Shown piece by piece: positions 47,959-51,554 of a stretch of 51,554 nucleotides of DNA. Source of the DNA: a virus (taxonomy: Duplodnaviria; Caudoviricetes); the IMG/VR virus record IMGVR_UViG_3300031920_000173, positions 1-51,554 of that record. One strand, written 5' to 3'. The notes beneath the pieces were generated by a model. It made no database searches. It saw only the letters and a list, made by a program, of their open reading frames with translations, and was not told the DNA's origin. The position numbers and the translations under genes were made by a program. Every line of letters starts with the position of its first letter. The stretch's first letter is position 1.

Positions 47959-50900
47959 TTAGTTAATAAACGCTAATGAATACCAATTGTTTGTTTCACC
48001 ATAAACTAATTCAAGTGCACCGTAATTAGTATTGATCGTTGCACATTGTGAACCATCAATAAATTTACCTGAACCAGCATCAATTGTAATAATATTAGTA
48101 AGTGCATCACCTTTATCTTTAAGTTTTACTGCAGTACCAATTGTTGCACTTGTTGGTAAGTTAACTGTAACCGCACCAGCATTAGCATCAATAAGAACAA
48201 CATATTCACCACCATATAAGTTAACAGTACTGTTACTTACACCAGTAATTTCATATCTATTATTATCTTCACCAAGTGAACTTGATGTAATTGATTTAAC
48301 CTGACCTGCAGCATCAATAACAAGTACACTATCAGTAACTGAACCTGTTGCAACAGTACCAATATGGGTAGTACCACTTACAAATAAATTAGGTGTATTA
48401 ATTGTTAAATTACATGATCCAATACCGATACATGTAGGTCGATCAAGTGCACCACCAAGTGTAACCTGTTGACATTCACTTTGTAAACCATTTGTTGCTG
48501 CAGTAATTGCAATTGTAGAAATTGATTCAATTTGAGTATTTACCCATCCTTTATCAACAAGTGAACGATCAACGAATGTTGAACAATAATCAGCAGCATA
48601 TATAGCACCAACACCAGAACCTGAATCTGTAATTGTGATTCCAGTTGTTGCTTTATTTGTTGATATTGAAATTGCACCAGTATCATTAATTGTGATTTCA
48701 CCATTACAAGTACCAGAAGAAGAACGAATACATAAACTTGAATCTTCTACTTGCACCACTGAAGAATTAGAACAAATCATTACTGTACTTGTACCACCAT
48801 CAGTCATACATAATCTACCAGCACCCCAATTAACAAAAGTATCACCTGTTAAAACACCACCCCAAGATATAACATCAGCAGCTTTAGTAAGACCGTTATT
48901 AAATGTTAAAGTTGAACCAGTAACAGTATCGTTAACAAATTGAGCATCAACAAGTGACTGACATACATAATTCGCTGAATAATCACCAGCGTATCTTAAA
49001 CCACCATTTGTACCACCATCTGTTATTGTTGAAACATTATCAAACCCAAGATTAAATGAATCTAAACCATTTAATGTTAAATCATACGTTCCACTATCAC
49101 CGTCAACTGTAGTATCACCAGTTAATGTACCACCAAGTGTTACATTAGTATCTACTTTAGTTAAACCATTTGAAGCCGTTGTATATGAGAAATCATCTTT
49201 ATCTACAAATAAATTATTACCTGTACCAAAACGAACTGCAATTTCTACACCAGAAGCTACAGTACTACATGCATTAACACCAACAACACCATTTGTCCAT
49301 GTTAAACCACTACCAGCAATTCCACTTGCTACAGTTAATTTATTAGCTGAAAATTCTAATGCAGAATCACCAGCAAGATCAACAGATATTTCTTGAACAC
49401 CGGATACGTTTGTTATATCAATACCATCACCACCACTAATTTGAAGTAATTGTGAAAATAATGAGAACACTAATTCACTTACACCAACAGTAATTGGATC
49501 AACAGTTGTTAATATCCATTGTGTACTTGCATGTGTATTACCTGTTATAACAGGAATTAAATCACCGTTTGAAATTTCACCTGAAGGTGCTCCATCATAA
49601 TCTTCAGCACGATAAAATGTATCACTAGCTCCAGAGAATACCCAAATACCATTTTCAGTTGCTCCTGTTTGATCTTTTACTAATACTCTATAAGTATCTA
49701 AAATCACTTCACCATCAATTGTTGAACCAGATGTAAACGTTCCACCAGTTAAATCTATATTTGCTGTTGTTGCAACAACCACAGCAGCTTTTGCTTGTAA
49801 ACCAGTTGCAACTGTATCAACATACGCTTTATCTACTAACGAACGATCATCATAATTTAATGAATAATCTGAAGCATATCTAATACCCTCTTGAGAACCA
49901 CCTGCTCTATTATCATATATTACAAAACCACTTGCTTGATCAAAATCTGCGTATAAACCAATTGCATTTGTAAATGATGTTGCAGTATTTATAGTTCCTG
50001 ATTGTGATTTAAGAACTGCAAGACCATTTGACTGAGCATCTATATTGATTGCATTATCACTTAATGTTCTTAATGTTAATGCTTCTGTTGGTGTTAATGT
50101 TAAACCAAATGCACCACTTAATGATGTTGCTTCAGTTAATACACCACCAAGTTTAGCATCATTACTACCTACTTTACATAATCCATTAGTAACTCCTGTG
50201 ATAGAAACATCTGTTACTGTTTCAACAGCATCTAATCTACCATCAGTTGTACCACTATATGTATTAAATATACTTGTATCTAATTTATTATCTATTTCTG
50301 TTTGAGTCGCACCAGTATATGTATTAAAATCAGAAATTTCAACATGATCTGGTAACCAAACAACATCAACAAGAATTTCACCATCTAATGTACCAACACT
50401 AGTAACTGTACCAATTTTAACCACATTATTTGGAAATGATGGTGCTGTATCTGTCCAACCACCTGCAACAGAAGCAGATAAATAAAGAGTATCACCAGCA
50501 GCAAATGCACCAGTGTTTACATTATGTACTATACCACCATTTGTTACATAACCTTCATCATTATCAGGAACATCATGTGTCAATAAACCAACTGTTTCTC
50601 TTGATGTATCATTATTTGCTTGTGCTTTAGTAATCGATGGAAAACCACCAGTTGCACTATTAATATAAACAGCATCACCATTAGAAATTGGATTACCTGT
50701 TTGATTGGTAACTCTAATTACTTGTTCTTCACCAATTTGTAATGTTACACCAGAAACTTCACGTTCGAAGTTTAATGAACAATCTTTATAATATAATCTA
50801 CCTTCTTCATGTCCACTAATTGTAGGTGTTGAATCATATTTTTGATATTGTACATCACAAGCAGTAAAAGGTGCTGAAACTAATAAGGTATCAGTTCCAC

Positions 50901-51554
50901 TGATTTCAGTATTACCTGTAAGTGCACCACCAAGAACTAAATTATCATCAATTCTAGTTAAACCATTTGCACCATCAATAGCACCAGTTTGACCTGTCAC
51001 CCAACCAGCATGTGGTATATCAGAAAAATCATAAGATGAAGCAACTGAAGCATATGTTAATGTTGTACTATCTAATGTTACCGCAGCAGCTAAACCACCA
51101 CCGAACAAACTTAATTTAGGTACATCAGATTCGCCAAGTATACCAACAATATCACCACTTGCTGAATCAGTAGCAAGTGCCGTTACATCAGTAGCATCTA
51201 CTTGTAATGTTGAATTACAATTAGTGTTTGCACTATATTTTATTAATATATCATTAGCACCTACTGATATACTTCTTTTATTATCAATAAAATCAATATC
51301 ATTAGTAGCTAAATCAACAATTGTATCACCTGTTAATGCACCACCAAGAACTAAATTATCATCAATTCTAGTTAAACCATTAGCACCATCAATAGCAGCA
51401 GTTTGACCTGATACAGTTGCAATATCTGCAGCATTTGTTGTAATATCTGTTGTATTCGTTTCTGTTAAACCTGATACAGTTGTAATATCAGTTGCATTTG
51501 TTTCTGTTAAACCTGATACAGTTGTAATATCAGTTGCATTTGTTTCTGTTAAAC
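47959..51554 (-). CDS. Long tail-fibre protein, 5'-truncated by the window edge
   Basis: Manual translation shows the frame stays open from 51552, so the track's TTG at 51108 is internal. Repeated NGLT....LGG.LT..T modules and an RVLVKDQT..ENGIW module. Confidence 0.85.
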   Translation of the reverse strand, partial: LTETNATDITTVSGLTETNATDITTVSGLTETNTTDITTNAADIATVSGQTAAIDGANGLTRIDDNLVLGGALTGDTIVDLATNDIDFIDNKRSISVGANDILIKYSANTNCNSTLQVDATDVTALATDSASGDIVGILGESDVPKLSLFGGGLAAAVTLDSTTLTYASVASSYDFSDIPHAGWVTGQTGAIDGANGLTRIDDNLVLGGALTGNTEISGTDTLLVSAPFTACDVQYQKYDSTPTISGHEEGRLYYKDCSLNFEREVSGVTLQIGEEQVIRVTNQTGNPISNGDAVYINSATGGFPSITKAQANNDTSRETVGLLTHDVPDNDEGYVTNGGIVHNVNTGAFAAGDTLYLSASVAGGWTDTAPSFPNNVVKIGTVTSVGTLDGEILVDVVWLPDHVEISDFNTYTGATQTEIDNKLDTSIFNTYSGTTDGRLDAVETVTDVSITGVTNGLCKVGSNDAKLGGVLTEATSLSGAFGLTLTPTEALTLRTLSDNAINIDAQSNGLAVLKSQSGTINTATSFTNAIGLYADFDQASGFVIYDNRAGGSQEGIRYASDYSLNYDDRSLVDKAYVDTVATGLQAKAAVVVATTANIDLTGGTFTSGSTIDGEVILDTYRVLVKDQTGATENGIWVFSGASDTFYRAEDYDGAPSGEISNGDLIPVITGNTHASTQWILTTVDPITVGVSELVFSLFSQLLQISGGDGIDITNVSGVQEISVDLAGDSALEFSANKLTVASGIAGSGLTWTNGVVGVNACSTVASGVEIAVRFGTGNNLFVDKDDFSYTTASNGLTKVDTNVTLGGTLTGDTTVDGDSGTYDLTLNGLDSFNLGFDNVSTITDGGTNGGLRYAGDYSANYVCQSLVDAQFVNDTVTGSTLTFNNGLTKAADVISWGGVLTGDTFVNWGAGRLCMTDGGTSTVMICSNSSVVQVEDSSLCIRSSSGTCNGEITINDTGAISISTNKATTGITITDSGSGVGAIYAADYCSTFVDRSLVDKGWVNTQIESISTIAITAATNGLQSECQQVTLGGALDRPTCIGIGSCNLTINTPNLFVSGTTHIGTVATGSVTDSVLVIDAAGQVKSITSSSLGEDNNRYEITGVSNSTVNLYGGEYVVLIDANAGAVTVNLPTSATIGTAVKLKDKGDALTNIITIDAGSGKFIDGSQCATINTNYGALELVYGETNNWYSLAFIN
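50923..51410. repeat. Dispersed 74-bp direct repeat (50923-50996 and 51337-51410; 72/74 identical)
   Basis: Both copies encode AIDGANGLTRIDDNLVLGGA in frame, 414 bp apart. Confidence 0.9.
51458..51554. repeat. Perfect 42-bp tandem repeat (at least 2.3 copies) running off the window end
   Basis: Units start at 51458, 51500 and 51542; encodes TVSGLTETNATDIT. Confidence 0.9.

Noticed and set aside
2234-51406. Numerous short plus-strand ORFs and nested minus-strand ORFs in the track
   Set aside because: Nearly all lie antisense to or inside long, motif-bearing minus-strand genes and show no recognisable motifs; they are shadows of codon bias
50923-51410. 74-bp repeat pair as a diversity-generating retroelement TR/VR
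   Set aside because: Only two mismatches, one of them G/C rather than adenine-specific; both copies are in frame within one gene; no reverse transcriptase in the window
1-51554. Stop-codon reassignment, as seen in some large Bacteroidota phages
   Set aside because: Genes tile densely under the standard code. TAG (19469, 22436, 30196, 34717) and TGA (20699) end genes at sensible boundaries, and no conserved gene looks fragmented.
51458-51554. 42-bp repeats as a CRISPR array
   Set aside because: Head-to-tail units without spacers, encoding an in-frame coiled-coil repeat

Overview
An AT-rich, gene-dense segment of a large tailed-phage genome (myovirus-type baseplate, family B DNA polymerase). 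Every credible gene is on the minus strand and the standard genetic code applies. A TAnnTTTG promoter element and the lack of Shine-Dalgarno sequences suggest a Bacteroidota host. In the direction of transcription (right to left) there are five blocks. (1) Tail-fibre and decoration genes mixed with glycosyltransferases (51554-36925). (2) A host-promoter operon with an SNF2 helicase, a QueC-like protein and the DNA polymerase (36862-30196). (3) A cassette of enzymes under a putative phage late promoter (30150-19469): Nudix, WYL, a 1241-aa ParB/ADP-ribosyltransferase/CCA-adding multidomain protein, a cysteine hydrolase, a 2H phosphoesterase, a HAD phosphatase, a homing-type endonuclease and a ParB-ART protein. 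(4) A glycosyltransferase block (19328-15773). (5) Baseplate genes plus Cys- and Thr-rich virion proteins (15740-1). A GTATTTAT(A/G) motif lies 3-39 nt upstream of 15 genes. The best candidate for an undescribed system is a late-expressed, probably head-packaged and protease-processed counter-defence kit. Its core is a tRNA 3'-end healing and CCA re-addition module (2H + HAD + HD-less CCA enzyme), with the CCA domain in a polyprotein whose domains are separated by [ILV]-x-E motifs resembling prohead-protease sites. All family assignments come from motifs recognised by eye; no searches were run.
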